Assembly: GCA_037447605.1 (NCBI GenBank)
Contig: CM074820.1
Location: 1,922,001-1,986,000, forward strand
From: Zygnema circumcarinatum SAG 698-1b
Lineage: Eukaryota; Plantae; Zygnematophyceae
Reading direction: 5' to 3'
Length of the DNA stretch: 64,000 nt
Part shown: in pieces, positions 42,452 through 56,820 of the stretch
Position numbering within the stretch: the stretch's first letter is position 1
Layout: each line of letters begins with the position of its first letter
The notes under the pieces: model-generated
Databases searched by the model: none
What the model was told of the DNA's origin: nothing
What the model saw: only the letters and a program-made list of their open reading frames with translations
Program-made: the position numbers and the translations under genes

Positions 42452-43090
42452 GCCACGTGGTCGATAAGCCAAACAGAAGCCCACCACGTGGCACATTTCC
42501 GACTAGCCGTCCACCATCCACTGCCACGTCATCACCTCGGTCTGCCCGCCCGGCGACAAAACCCTATCCGCAATTTGCGGCTGACATGGACGGCCGGTTG
42601 GGCTCGTGGCCGTGGGCGACTTCTGAAATCGATACCCTACCACGTGGCAGCCGAAGAGCCACCTTTTTGAAAATGTACGCCACGTGGCGGCCTCCTATTG
42701 AACATTCCCTTTAGAAAGAACTTCGGCTTCAAATTCAGGCAGCAACCAGATGAATACAGAACACGTACATTTCAACGGTCCTGTCTTATGCGAAACACCA
42801 CTTTCAGTTTACCGCTTCTATATATCTAGAAAGGTACGGCCAGGTACAGACATGTACAACCCGTTTTAACACGTGTGAATTCGTACATGCTCGGGGTCCA
42901 GAAACCCAGGCGCTATCCAGTCCATCCGTACATTAACCGTACATGCATGTACGGCTCCTGGTTCGTACGGATTCGTACAGACCGCCTCCCTGCGCATGAA
43001 TGCCGGTCGGATGCCGAGTGTCCGTACGGTCCATCGGAACACGTGTCGGCCAGACCGCACGCGGCGGCCGGAAGGCGCCGCCGATAAATA
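42452..43090 (+). promoter_or_regulatory. G-box and GTAC-rich promoter of acetate channel paralogue 2
   Basis: CCACGTGG at about 42453, 42484, 42640 and 42680; 11 GTAC between 42765 and 43027; GATAAATA at 43083. Confidence 0.55.
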
Positions 43091-43302
43091 GCACACTCAA
43101 ACTCACCTTTCAATCATCCATCCACAAGTCGACCTCTAGAGCCACTCCCGCTCCCGACTCCGTCTTGCCCGCTCTCTCGCTCTCCTGCACTCTCCCGCTC
43201 TCTCTCACTCCGCTCTCTCTTCCCCCCCCCCTCTCTCTCTCTCCCCCTCTCTCTCCCTCTCTCTCTCCCTCTCTCTCTCTTTCTCTCTCTCTCGCTACCG
43301 CC

Positions 43303-44149
43303 ATGGGTGAGAAGGGGTCCATCGTGGTGGAGCGCGAGCAGATCGCGGAGCCCGCTCCTTTGGGGCTCTCCGCCTTCGCCTTCACCGTTTTCTGCCTCTC
43401 CGTCTACCTGACCGGTACGGCCCAAGATCAGTTTAACAGTCACAGTTACAGTTTCAGCTACAGTTCAACTCTCTTACGCATTCCAGCTCTTCCCTCACCG
43501 ACAATGTTGCCTCAAATTTTATCCTATCCACCGTGCATTCCCAATCTTTCTTGTTTATGCATTGTGGGTTTTTGGGCCACTCTCTATTCCAGCACATTAA
43601 GGGTCAAATTCAACAATTTAAGTGATGGGGTTTTGGGTTTTGGGGGGTTTCTTCAGGATGGGCTCCCGCGGCGTACTGGGTGGGCCCCGCCATGTTCTAC
43701 GGCGGGATCGTGTTGGTGTTGGCGGGCATGTGGGAGTTCAAGAAGAACAATGTGTTCGCGGCGACCGTGTTCTCGACCTATGGCGGATTCTGGCTCTCCA
43801 TCGGCTTCTTCGTGGTGCTCTACTTGGCGGGCGTGGTGAGTGGCGGAGGGAGGGAGAGAGAGAGCTGGGAGGGAGTGAATGCGAGGAGGAGATGCATGGA
43901 AGACTACGAGAAGGGTTTCAAAGTGGAAAGTGGTGGAGAGGAAGTAAAGATAGAGAGATGAAAACAGTCAGGAGAGAGGGGGAGGGAAAGAGAGGATGGG
44001 AGGTGGATTGGGGGGCAAAGATGAGGGAAACTGACTTTGACACACAAATTCCGAGCAAAGAAACTCACCATCAAATCATCAAACCAGCAATGTATCAGAA
44101 GCCTTACCCCTACCCTCCGTCTCCCCCCTCTCCCCTATCTCTCTCTCCT

Positions 44150-44207
<58 letters not shown>

Positions 44208-44217
44208 NNNNNNNNNN

Positions 44218-44250
<33 letters not shown>

Positions 44251-44713
44251 CCTCGCTCTCGCTTTTTGTCCATCTGTACGTGTCACTTTACAACTATCTA
44301 TGTTTTCCCCCCTTGGCTTCTTTTGTCTGTACCTCTGTCCTGCTTTCTCTTTCTCATGTCCACCTTCTCTTGCATAATTTACGCCCTCTCCCTCTCTATC
44401 TCCGGATTTCTTGCCCCTACCTCTTCCTATTATGCCTTGCTCTTGCGTTCTTATCTCCTCTTACCCTTTCCCTTTATCCTAACAGCCCAATTCCGCCTCT
44501 CACTGTCTGGTGATCGACCCCTCTCTCTCTCACCTCCTCCCCTCTACTCCCCTTACCTTACCTTCCCTTTGCTTGTCGTATGTGTGCCCTGCAGCATGGT
44601 ACACTTCCTTCGCTCTCATGTTCAATATCACCGCCAAGAAGAGCGTCTTCCCATGCGGAAACGCCCTCCTCTCCTTCGCCTCCCCTGCGGCCGCAGAAGA
44701 GGGAGAGCCCTAA
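43303..44713 (+). CDS. GPR1/FUN34/YaaH family acetate channel, paralogue 2 (exon 3 absent, probably lost in the gap at 44208)
   Basis: MGEKGSIVVEREQIAEPAPLGLSAFAFTVF; GPAMFYGGIVLVLAGMWEFKKNNVFAATVFSTYGGFWLS; terminal exon [24 protein letters not shown] (44713). Confidence 0.85.
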
Positions 44714-47700
44714 GCAGCACCTCACTTTTTCCGGGCGGCGATCATCATTAAACGTTGACCAAAGTCAACGTTTTCTCAACGTATGTTTTAGATTTCAGAG
44801 GGATTGAAGATCGGCAGAGGATTCAAAACGGGTCCTCATGCTCACATTCAGAGTAGAGAGAGAGAATTTCTGAGTATGTATCACAGCGCAGGGAGAGGGA
44901 GGGAGTAGGCGTAGTTTCATCGTAAAAAGAAAGGGGTTTTGGATGGGAGGGTTCCGGAATTGTGCAAGCAATTCTCCTTTATTTATAGGGTTTTGGAAGT
45001 AGCTTGTACACTGGTAGTACTCGAGGTCTGATTTCTTCTCAGGATCAACGTCTTAAATAAAAAAAACCTTTATTTAAAGGTTGTAATCATGCGGATGATC
45101 CTCGTCCCTCTCCCTCTTCCTCTCCCTCTCCCTCTCCCTCTCCCTCTCCTTTCCCCTCTCTCTCCCTCTTTCTCCCCTCCCTCTCCCTCTCCCTCGTCCG
45201 CAAGCCATTCTTGGAATGCTGACGTCACCCATCCAAAGCCCAAGGGCTGTTTACGTCACATTGCTCAGACAAGCTCTTTCTGAATCTCGCTAAGTTTCTG
45301 AAACCTTGAGAAGGTCAGCCCATGCCCCCCTACACTATCTCTACATCAACCGCACACTTCTCCCACCCCTACTCTTATTCCCTCTCCAACACCCCTCTCC
45401 CTCTCCCTCTCCCTCTCCCTCTCCCTCTCCCTCTCCCTCTCCTCTACCTCCTTCCCTCCCTTCCATCAATCCCCCCCTCCCCCCTTCCCCCTCCCCCTCC
45501 CCCTCCCCCTCCCCCTCCTCTCCACTTTTCCTGTCTCCATGCCACTCATCCCCTTTCCGCTGGAATATTCCCTCCCCTATTCCTTATATCCCGAAATCCC
45601 TCTCTCGCCTACTTCCCTCTCCTCCCACTGCTCTCCTCGCTTTCGCTTTCCCTCCCTTTCCCCTCCCCACCCTCTCCCTCTCCCTCTCCCTCTCCCTCTC
45701 CCTCTCCCTCTCCCTCTCCCTCTCCCTCTCCCTCTCCCTCTCCCTCTGCCTCTGCCTCTGCCTCTCCCTCTCCCTCTCCCTCTTCCTCTCCCTCTCGCTC
45801 TCCCTCCCCCTCTCCCTCTCCCTCCCCGCCCTCTTTCTCTCCTTACTCTTCCTCTCCACCCATCCTATCCTCCCTCTTCCTGTCCCTCCCTCTCCTCCCC
45901 TCCCTCTCCCTTTCTCTCCCTCCCCCTCCCTTTCTCTCCACCTCCTTCCCTCTCTCCCTATTCCTCTGCCCCTCCCTTCCATTCCTTCTCCCCTCCCTTT
46001 CATCCTCCCCTCCCTTCCTCGCCTCCCTTCCTCTCTTCCCTCTCCCATCTTCTCCCCTCCCTTCCTCTCCCTCCCTCTCCTCCCTCTCACCTCCCTTCCT
46101 CTCCTCTGCCTTCCCTCTCCTTCCTCTCCCCTCCCTTCCTCTCCTCCCTCTCCCCTTCCTCTCCTACCTCTCCCCTCCCTTCCTCTCTTCCCTCTCCTCT
46201 CCCTTTCCTTTTCCCTCCCTCTCCTCCCTCACCCCTTCCTCTCCTCCCTCTCCACTCTCTCCGCCCTCTCCCCTCCCTCTCCCCTCCCTCTCCTCCCCTC
46301 CCTCTCCCCTCCCTCTCCTCCCCTCCCTCTCCTCTCCCCTCCCTCTCCCCTCCCCTCCCTCTCCCCTCCCCTCCCTCTCCCCTCCCCTCCCTCTCCCCTC
46401 CCCTCCCTCTCCTTCCTTCCCTCGCCCACACCCCTTCTCCCTCTCCCTCTCCCTCTCCCTCTCCCTCTCCCTCTCCCTCTCCCTCTCCCTACCTGTTGCC
46501 CCCACTGCCGCTTCTGTCCTACTGGAACGCCGACGGAAGTTTACATAGCCGGTACAAAGGCCCGCAACGACCGCGCTAAAAGACAAACGACTGAATGTGT
46601 GTACGGAATATAGACGACCCGACGACCTACCGCTCGTGCGGGTCGTCGGAGGATCGAAGTCAGCGATTCTTCTCGACAAATACGGCAAATCGGCAGGTGG
46701 TGCAACCGGACAGGTTTATGTGATTTTTGGGCGGCAGAATTGTCGGTACTTGACGGAATGTCGGTGATTCTTGTCCAGTACTGACTCTTATTCAACTTTG
46801 GAATTCTTTGACATTGAATACGCTAAATGACAAATTTTGACCACTGGAGCTTCACAGCGATTGGCTTAGAAGTCCGAATACGACAAAAATGCGGTTATAA
46901 ATATTTGCTTCACGTGTGCTATTTAAATACAATATTTGTCGTCTTTTAAAAGTACAAACCGGTCTCGTCTGGACGCGTGATACGCGACAAAAAACGGCGC
47001 TGGTGCGAAAGCCTGCGGTCTATCGGTTTGACCTCTAACCGCTGTTGACCAGAGGCCCTCTCAAGGGGCGAGTTTTGAAGGACCAACTTCACCTACTTCC
47101 AGTTTCAAACAAGCTGACGTATTTCGGCTTTGATGACGTCACTTAGCTCATATGGACGGTAAAAGGTTGTGGAGACGGGGGTCGTTGGATGGACCTCTCG
47201 AAAGTCGTGTTTCTCCTTTGTACCCAAACTCAAAAATGGGGTAGAAAAGCGAGAATAAACTTCCACTGAGAGGACAACACGTCGCATATACTGCCAAGCT
47301 GTCCACTTTTCGTTGGTCAATCTTCCAGTGAGACTCCATGTCAGCTTAGCGTGGCGCTCTACCATTGGTCCAATCCACGTAACCCATACTTTCGTACGTG
47401 GCAGGTTTTTTCATACAAACCATAAATATCAAAAGTCTCGACTCCGAGTTTGCCGCGGTCCTACTAAACGACAAACGACGCAGCGACACGCGTGCCCAGA
47501 AACGACAAAACGAACCGTCCCCGCATCGCCGGCGAGGGTCCCGGCACGTGCGAGCCCGCCAATGCCGCCCGCTATTCCGCCGCCGCGGCCCGCAGTACTA
47601 AGGACCGCCGGGCCGCTGCCGCCTCCCACGGCTCCCTCCCTCCCTCCCTCCCTCCCTCCCTCCCTCTCCCCTCCTCTCTTTCCCACTCTCCCTCTCCCCC

Positions 47701-47812
47701 CTCTCTCTCTAAATATATCACTCTAACACTCTCCCTACCCTACCTTCACTCTCTCTCCACCCTACCCCTCTCTCTCCTCTCTCTCTCTCTCTCTCGCTCT
47801 CTCTCTCCCGCC

Positions 47813-49860
<2,048 letters not shown>

Positions 49861-49986
49861 CTTCTGAAGGTTTGACACGCGTCACGCGATAGATGCAGAT
49901 GAAGGCGAAGGAGCGAGAGTTGGAGTTATATGTAATTTTTGCTATAAAAAAGAAAGGGATGGAGTGAAAGAGGAAGGGAAGGGCGG

Positions 49987-50049
<63 letters not shown>

Positions 50050-51920
50050 AAAGGAGAAAAATAGAGGGAGAGGGAGATAGAGAGAGCGGGGGATAGGCAG
50101 TGGAGAAATGGGTTAGTTTTTTTTATTCAGTCGTAATATTTTTTCGTTTTGATTGTTTTTTTTCGTCTCAATAAGGGTCCAGCGACTGGTTTTAGTTTGA
50201 AAAAGATTAGTTTCCTTCAAATTTTGTAACTCGCAGATGTTTGATAAACTGCATGGTCTGAGCGTTGTACAAAAAACGCATCAATCGTGAAATTTTCAAC
50301 AATGAAAAGAATGATTATTTCGAGGTATTCGTGTGATTAATGTGCATCATTTTGGTAGCTTTAAGGCCTTTGTCTATCCAATGTCTCCCTTAGTCTCTCT
50401 CCCTCTCCCTACTCACTCTCTGTCAACTCCCTCTCGCCCTCTCTTTTCGTCTAACTTTCACCCTCTCAACCTGTGCTTCCTCTCCTTCTCCTCCATACCC
50501 TCCTCCCTCCCTCCTGCCTCCCCTACTTCCTCTCTCTCCTCCCTCCCTCTCCCTCCCTCCTGCCTCCTCCCTCCCCGCCTCCCTCGCCCTCCTCCCTCCC
50601 CTCCTCCTTCTCCCTCCTGCTTCTCCTCCCGCCCGTCCTCCCTCTCCCTCCTCCCTCATCCCTTCCCTCCTCTCTCCCTCCTCCCGCCCCACCTCCCTCT
50701 CCCTCCCTTCCCTCCCTTTCCCTCCTGCCTCCCTTCCTGCACCTCCTCCCTCTCCCTCCCTCTCCCTCCGCCTCCCCCTCCCACGTTTCTGCCTCGCTCT
50801 GAGTCTCTCAGCGTGACGTTACCAAGACCCATCGTCAATTCGTCACTCAGTCGTTCATGGTTGAACTTTCTCCAACTGGTTGAATCTCCGGAGTTGCAAA
50901 CTGGGGCGGAAAGTTTTCCAAACACCAAAACGAAGTTTTTCAGCTCGCTTCAACTGGTTGAACTGCAACTTTCTGCACCTGCGAAATTACATCAGCAAAG
51001 TTGAACCACGTCAGCAAGAGTTACATGGCCAAATCAATTTAGTAGCCTGTCGGGCGAATTAAGCATTGACTAGGTACGCATTTTAGTATGGATCCCGAAC
51101 CGGAATTGGTACAGTACACGAAACTTTGACTTTTAGTACAGTATACTAAATTCAGGAATTTAGTACGGCCATGGTCAACGTGTTACCCCCCCCATTGAAG
51201 GAAGTTGGACCATGCAAATGCGTTATATAAACGTAATGGGAAAATATCGGAAAATCGTTTTTTTTGACACGCGAAAATTGAGCGAACTTGCACGCGCTTA
51301 GAAGCTGAATCTTACGGTTCCATCGCATCGACTGCAATCGCACAGCCATAAATCGATGGCGAATCGGCACCGTCGAAATCAGGAGACTCAAATCGAACGA
51401 CCGACGGTGTGCGGCAAACTCCGACCGTCCAATATGACACTTTTTTATTATTAAGTTTCAAGATCTAACGGTTTAAAAATGACCGTTCAGCGTTCCAAGG
51501 ACTGGATCGGACCGGTACGGAACTACGAAGGATAAATTTTTCCCCTTCACGCACATTGGGAGGGAGGGAGGGGCCCATCCCTCCCATTTACCGTTGAACC
51601 TTGAAAAAGACCCATCTTCTCCGGAGCCTTAAAAACCCTAGGGAATCCCTAAACCCTAGAGACCTTTTTAAAAAACCTAATGCCCTAAAAACCCTTAAAT
51701 CTTATAAACCCTAAAAGCCCCATCCTGAACCTCCTCTTAGAACCGGCTTGTACATGGGAACGCCTATCCTTACTAACACTAAAGCAGTCGACAACCTCTT
51801 GGAAATGACATAAAATTTAATTTCTGTAAAGGCTTAATTCAAAGGTTTCCTTTTTGTCTCTGTTCGTTGACTTTTGTTTCTTTGTTTCTTCATGGAATTC
51901 GGCCCTTGGATTGGTCCCCT

Positions 51921-52563
51921 TCACGAGGACGATGGGAGGATTGTTCGAAAGGCTTCACTCATGCGCCGCTTCACATCGTCGGGGGATTGCGTGTAGAATT
52001 TGTGGACCTTCTTGTTCTCGTTGATCACGTCCCTGCTCACATTGAGAGAGGGAGAGTGCATTGAGGGAGAGAGGGAGGGAGGGAGGGAGGGAGNNNNNNN
52101 NNNGAGGGAGGGAGGGAGGGAGGGAGGGAGGGAGGGAGGGAGGGAGGGAGTGGGAGGGTGAGAGAGGAGTTAGTGGGAGAGACACACAGGGAGGAAGGCT
52201 TCAAGGAGGGAGGTGAGAGGGTGGGGAGGAGGGGGAGGAGGGGATGGTATGGGGAAAGAAGGGGGAGAAAGAGGGCAATGAGGGAGTTAGAGGGAGGGAG
52301 GAAGAGAGGAGTTAGCGGGAGCGAACAATACATAGAGAGTACTGAAACCCTAAAAACCTAAAACCTGAAACCCCCTAAGCCCCCTCAAGCCTCTAAAACC
52401 CTTGAAGCCTCTTGATCCCCTAAAACCCTGAAGTCTTAAACCCCTTGCAGCCGTGGTCCCCACCTTCGCTGTGAGCAGGCTTATGTAGAGATCGCGCTTT
52501 GAGGCACACTCCAAATCGTGGCGGAGCATCCATTCTTGGCCGAGGACCTGCGCCGCGTCACAT
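51921..52563 (-). CDS. 3' exons of an unidentified gene (possibly a protein-kinase C-terminus)
   Basis: Exon after TTTGCAG at 52563: CDAAQVLGQEWMLRHDLECASKRDLYISLLTAK, resembling kinase subdomain XI (R..A.Q.L...W). Terminal exon after GAGCAG at 52032: DVINENKKVHKFYTQSPDDVKRRMSEAFRTILPSSS* with strong GC3 bias. Phases do not join directly, and a gap lies between the exons. Confidence 0.4.
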
Positions 52564-52995
52564 CTGCAAAGCCGCGACAAGAATCGTATGTCGTGATCGA
52601 CGACGACATACTCTTTTAGGGTTTTAGGGTTGTGTAGGGTTTTAGGGTTTCGACGGTATTTAGGGTTGTCTTCTAGTGAACATTACATCCGCTTTTAGGG
52701 CTTGAGACAGATTAAGGTCCATACAGTTTTTAAGCCTTCTCAGACTTTAGGGTTGTATCCGAGAAACGACTTGACTCCCTAAAAACCCTAAAAACCCTAA
52801 AAACCCTCCCAGTTTCTAGGGTTCCTTAAGCTGCTCGAGTTTACTTAAGTTGAAAGGGTTTAGGGTTTTGCAGAGAATGGAGGCCATCTGGTACANNNNN
52901 NNNNNNNNNNNNNNNNNNNNNNNNNNNNNNNNNNNNNNNNNNNNNNNNNNNNNNNNNNNNNNNNNNNNNNNNNNNNNNNNNNNNNNNNNNNNNNN

Positions 52996-53497
52996 CCTGT
53001 GAATGGACAGCCGAAACAGAATGAATGCGACTGCAGAGGTCCCCACGTCAGAGATAAGAGATGCTTTTTCTTTCTTTTCTACGCCAAGATGACAACAGTT
53101 GTAGGTTGTTTGTACGACAAGGAACATCTAAGCCCTTCGTAGTTCGAAACACCGGGCCAATCTGTGTCCGAATTTGTGCTTGCAAATGAGCGTGCTGAAT
53201 TTTGGCGACTGTGTGCTGAAATTTTATTCATTCCAGCCAAATAGAAAAGTCAGCAAATTTTGTAAATCACAAGTGATAAATAGAAAACGTCAAAAAAAAT
53301 AGGAAGCGGATAAGGCGTTTGATTCACAACGTAACTTCTGGTAAACTTTTGGGTTTCTCGCAGTAAGCGGATCTAGGAAACACCGAAATTAGTTCTGAGT
53401 GATCAATAATGGATTCAAAATTTCACAGAATTGTGTTTCTTGTCTGAGGATATAGAACAAAGAAAGAAAAAATGGCATTGGGAAATGTCATGTGTGC

Positions 53498-53535
<38 letters not shown>

Positions 53536-53627
53536 GTGGGAGAGAGAGAGAGAGAGATGAATGTCTTGTCATATGACAAGTTGTTAAGGTTGACTCTGGG
53601 TCTTGTTGCTGCAGTGAGCAACAAGAC

Positions 53628-53661
<34 letters not shown>

Positions 53662-53673
53662 NNNNNNNNNNGA

Positions 53674-53722
<49 letters not shown>

Positions 53723-54480
53723 CAGCTCACCTATTTCACCACTGTTCGCCATGGTTCAGTCTACGTGGATTCCCTATGGCTGCCCTAAAAGATAAGCAGC
53801 ACAAGAAAATCGGTAAAAAGGTCAAACAAGGAACGGTGCAGAACATGCAAATATAGATACATGGAACATGGATACTTTTCAATCAGTTTATTTTTCAAAA
53901 GCAACTAACAACACATGAAACCACGTGTACATTCGTTCATGCTGAAACCAGGGATGCGTGAAATGTTTATTGCATAAAAAAATAAAAGCAGCAGGTTTTC
54001 AACTTACCTTTAAATTAGATTGAGGCAGTGAAATACGCATGGACCAGTCTGAAACCCTAATTGCTTAACTTAGAAAGGAGAAGCCATAGAAACCCTAAAA
54101 CCTAGATCGACACTTTCGGAGAATCACTGCAACACAAATGTGTTGCTTGGGAAGGGAAGGGGAGACGTAGAGTGAAAGAGAGAGAGAGTGGAGAGAGAGG
54201 GAGGGGGAGGAGACGGTTGGGCCAGAGGGATAGCAGGGGAATCAGATACTGGAGAGGGAGGGGGGCGGGGAAAAGAAAGAGCGCGAGAGGGAGACACACA
54301 AAAAGAGAGAGAGAGGGGGGAGAGAGAGGAGGGAGAAAGAGAGAGAGACAAAGAGCGAGGGAGACAGAGAGAGAGAGACAGACAGAGAGAGAGAAACAGA
54401 GACAGAGAGAGAGTGTGAGATAGAGAGAATGCGGTTGAAGACATGCATAGAGAATGTGCACCTGCAGGGCCGAAGTGATG
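52996..54480 (-). other. Putative spliced 5' leader exons of a minus-strand gene
   Basis: AG/GT-bounded segments on -: donor at ~54461, exon ~54008-54048 (TTTCAG..AAAG|GTAAG), exon ~53731-53784 with ATG 53752 (MANSGEI|GTGAG), and an acceptor near 53162. Confidence 0.35.
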
Positions 54481-55639
54481 CAGAAGCCGTTTGTTATGTC
54501 GGGGCAGCGCTACATCCCCAACCCGGCAACACATCACAGTCGCGCATCACGGCGAATTGCGACATGGAAACGCATGGAGCAGCGTCGCCCGCGCGGCAAT
54601 GCCGCCCGAGAACAAGGCAAAGGGCCCTTCCCTTCTTCCTCCCCTTTTTTTTTTTTTTTTTTTTTTTTTTCTCTTTTCCAGAAGAAAGGAAGATGCAGAA
54701 GGAACCCTACCCGCCCGCCTGTGAGAGAGAGGGAAAGGAGGAGGGGGCGAAATTAGGGCTAAGAGCCGGCGGCTTGACCGACTTGGATCCACGTGGCAGT
54801 CTAAAATTTGGCCGGCGGGCTGTGAACCAATCAATGGATCGAGTCGCATGTGCGAAGTTTTACGCGTCTGACCGCCGCTCGGTCTTCCTTTTCCGGACTT
54901 TTTTTTGTCCTTTTGGCTCGCGTTCCGACCTTTCTGAATTGCCGAGAAAAAAGAGGGATCCAATGAGAGGACGTCACGTGTAAATATTTGTATACGTGAC
55001 TGTCTTTGATTGGGTAGAAAGGCGTGAGAGTCAACGCTGACTTTGACTTTCCGGTCGCCGCCTTTCCGATCTTTTCTGCAGATCGGACGTACGGACAATG
55101 GTACGTTTTCTGAAAGAATTCGCCAATCAGAAGGAGCCACGTGATAGGAATGGAACGCGCTGAATTTATGGTTGTCTGACTCGCCAGTCTGTCGTTTAGC
55201 GGGTCCTCAGCCGTTTCAACTGTAAATTTGTCGTTTAATGGAATATTTGTACGAAATTGTACAGTTTTGAATGCTTTCCGGGCAGGTTTCTACTGCAAGC
55301 AGCTAGCAGTTGAGTAACGCCAAAAAATCTCGACAGGTTTTCTTTCAGGTTCCAGTTTTTTCTGACCGAATCGTACATTTGTACAATTCCAAACCTATAC
55401 AAAAGTTGTCGTTTTAGGCGAAGAAACTTGCCGTACCGTTGCTCTGATTGGCCGCCAGCGCGGTTACCGTACGAAATTTCTGTCGGAACGCAGCTAGCGT
55501 GTCGGCGCGCCGTATGGACTGCCACGTGTGATTACGTTATTGGCAGAATTCCACGTGGGAGAATCCGTACCACGTGTCCAATCCTGATTCATTTTCACAC
55601 ATGAAGGGACCCGATCCGTTGGGACCCGTCCCGGTGGTC

Positions 55640-56426
55640 TCCCGCCCCTTCCTGCGCGTGCTGCGCCGCACATCGGCGACCTTCGCGGCTGCTTCTAGTG
55701 CCGTGTTGTTGAGCCTAGAAGTAGATTTCCGTTCGAGGCTCTCTTTGTCCTTCTGTCCCTTGTGACCGCTTCTTCTGGTTCCCTATGTCGATTTTATCCA
55801 TGTACATTAGGGCGTGTCAGACTTAACAAAATGTTACGAATATCGAGTTTTTAGTATTACGAGAATCGAGGTTACTAAGTACTAAAAATCATCGCGTCCC
55901 CGAACCTAAACCGAACCGAACGGAAGTCAACTGTGCTAAGTCAACGGGTCAACGTTGCGAAGAATTGACCCGTGGGGTTTACTGAAAAGGGCACTTCTTC
56001 GCACGATTTTGTTCGCACCCAAAAGAGGCGCCGAAATGGACGTGCGAAGAAAATACTGGCGAAAATCGCGTCAACGTGACGTCATGGTTGTTTTCCCGGC
56101 TTCCCGGCCGCGCCCGCGCCCGCCCGTGAGTCGTGACGCGCAACACGACACAACGACAAGCGGTCTCCGCGCGCCGCGCCGGCGCTGTTTCTAAGTCTGA
56201 GGGCCCCGCGCGAGGGCGAAGTTGCGAAGACGGCGTTTGGAGAAGTGCGAAGACGGCGATCGCGGAGTGCGAACAGGACCGCGCCGCGAGTGCGAAAAAC
56301 TACGCTCGGGAATTTGTTTTACTGACGTTGACTCGAAATGTTACGAATATCGAGTTTTTAGTATTACGAGAATTTTTTAAGTCTGACACGCCCTATTTGA
56401 TGGCCTTGCCATCGTGAGTTCAATCA
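55640..56426 (-). repeat. Dispersed intergenic repeat family, minus-strand copy split by a MITE
   Basis: The reverse complement of 56426-56395 joined to 55805-55640 reconstitutes ATTGAACTCACGATGGCAAGGCCATCAAATGTACATGG...TAGAAGCAGCCGCGAAGGTCGCCGATGTG. Confidence 0.8.
55809..56394. mobile_element. 586-bp MITE with 18-bp perfect TIRs and 3-bp TSD
   Basis: AGGGCGTGTCAGACTTAA ... TTAAGTCTGACACGCCCT flanked by ATT (55806-55808, 56395-56397). The empty site TGTACATTTGATGG is seen (reverse complement) in the 63.77-kb copy. A ~38-bp direct repeat lies just inside both ends. Confidence 0.85.
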
Positions 56427-56588
56427 AACCTCTCTTTTCATGAAGTGAATGCGTTCTTTGTTGTCGTTGTTGAGGCTGCCCTGGAGCACAAGACGACAAA
56501 CCGCCGACACGGCATCTAGCGAAGCACAGACCATGTAGGGGGTGATGGGCGCCCTCTGCCATGCTTAACAAAAGGAAGAATTGTCATG

Positions 56589-56820
56589 GGTCTCGCGGTG
56601 GCCATGCATGCCATCAAATGGACATGGAAAACAACAGAAACATGGAGAATCACGAGGAATCGTTCACAAAGGACCTAGAAGATTTCACCTCATAGCTTTT
56701 CCTATCGTCCCTAGGTCCTTTGTGAGCATTTCTCTTCGTGGTTCCCCATGCTGTTGTTTGTTGTTGTTGTTGTTGTGGTTGTTGTGCATGCACATTTCAT
56801 GGTGTGGCCATCGTGAGACC
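56589..56820. repeat. Imperfect inverted repeat made of two opposed partial copies of the dispersed repeat
   Basis: GGTCTCGCGGTGGCCA...TCACAAAGGACCTAG, a ~32-nt loop, then CTAGGTCCTTTGTGA...TGGCCATCGTGAGACC. Confidence 0.75.

Noticed and set aside
45306-46613. Long Pro/Ser/Leu-rich (extensin-like) ORFs
   Set aside because: Pure CT low-complexity DNA open in all frames. The same applies to ORFs at 3238-3960, 9702-10391, 11007-11996 and 48723-49808.
50857-51010. Weak inverted repeat (GGTTGAACTTT / AAAGTTGAACC)
   Set aside because: Too short and mismatched, with no TSD, so it cannot be called a MITE.
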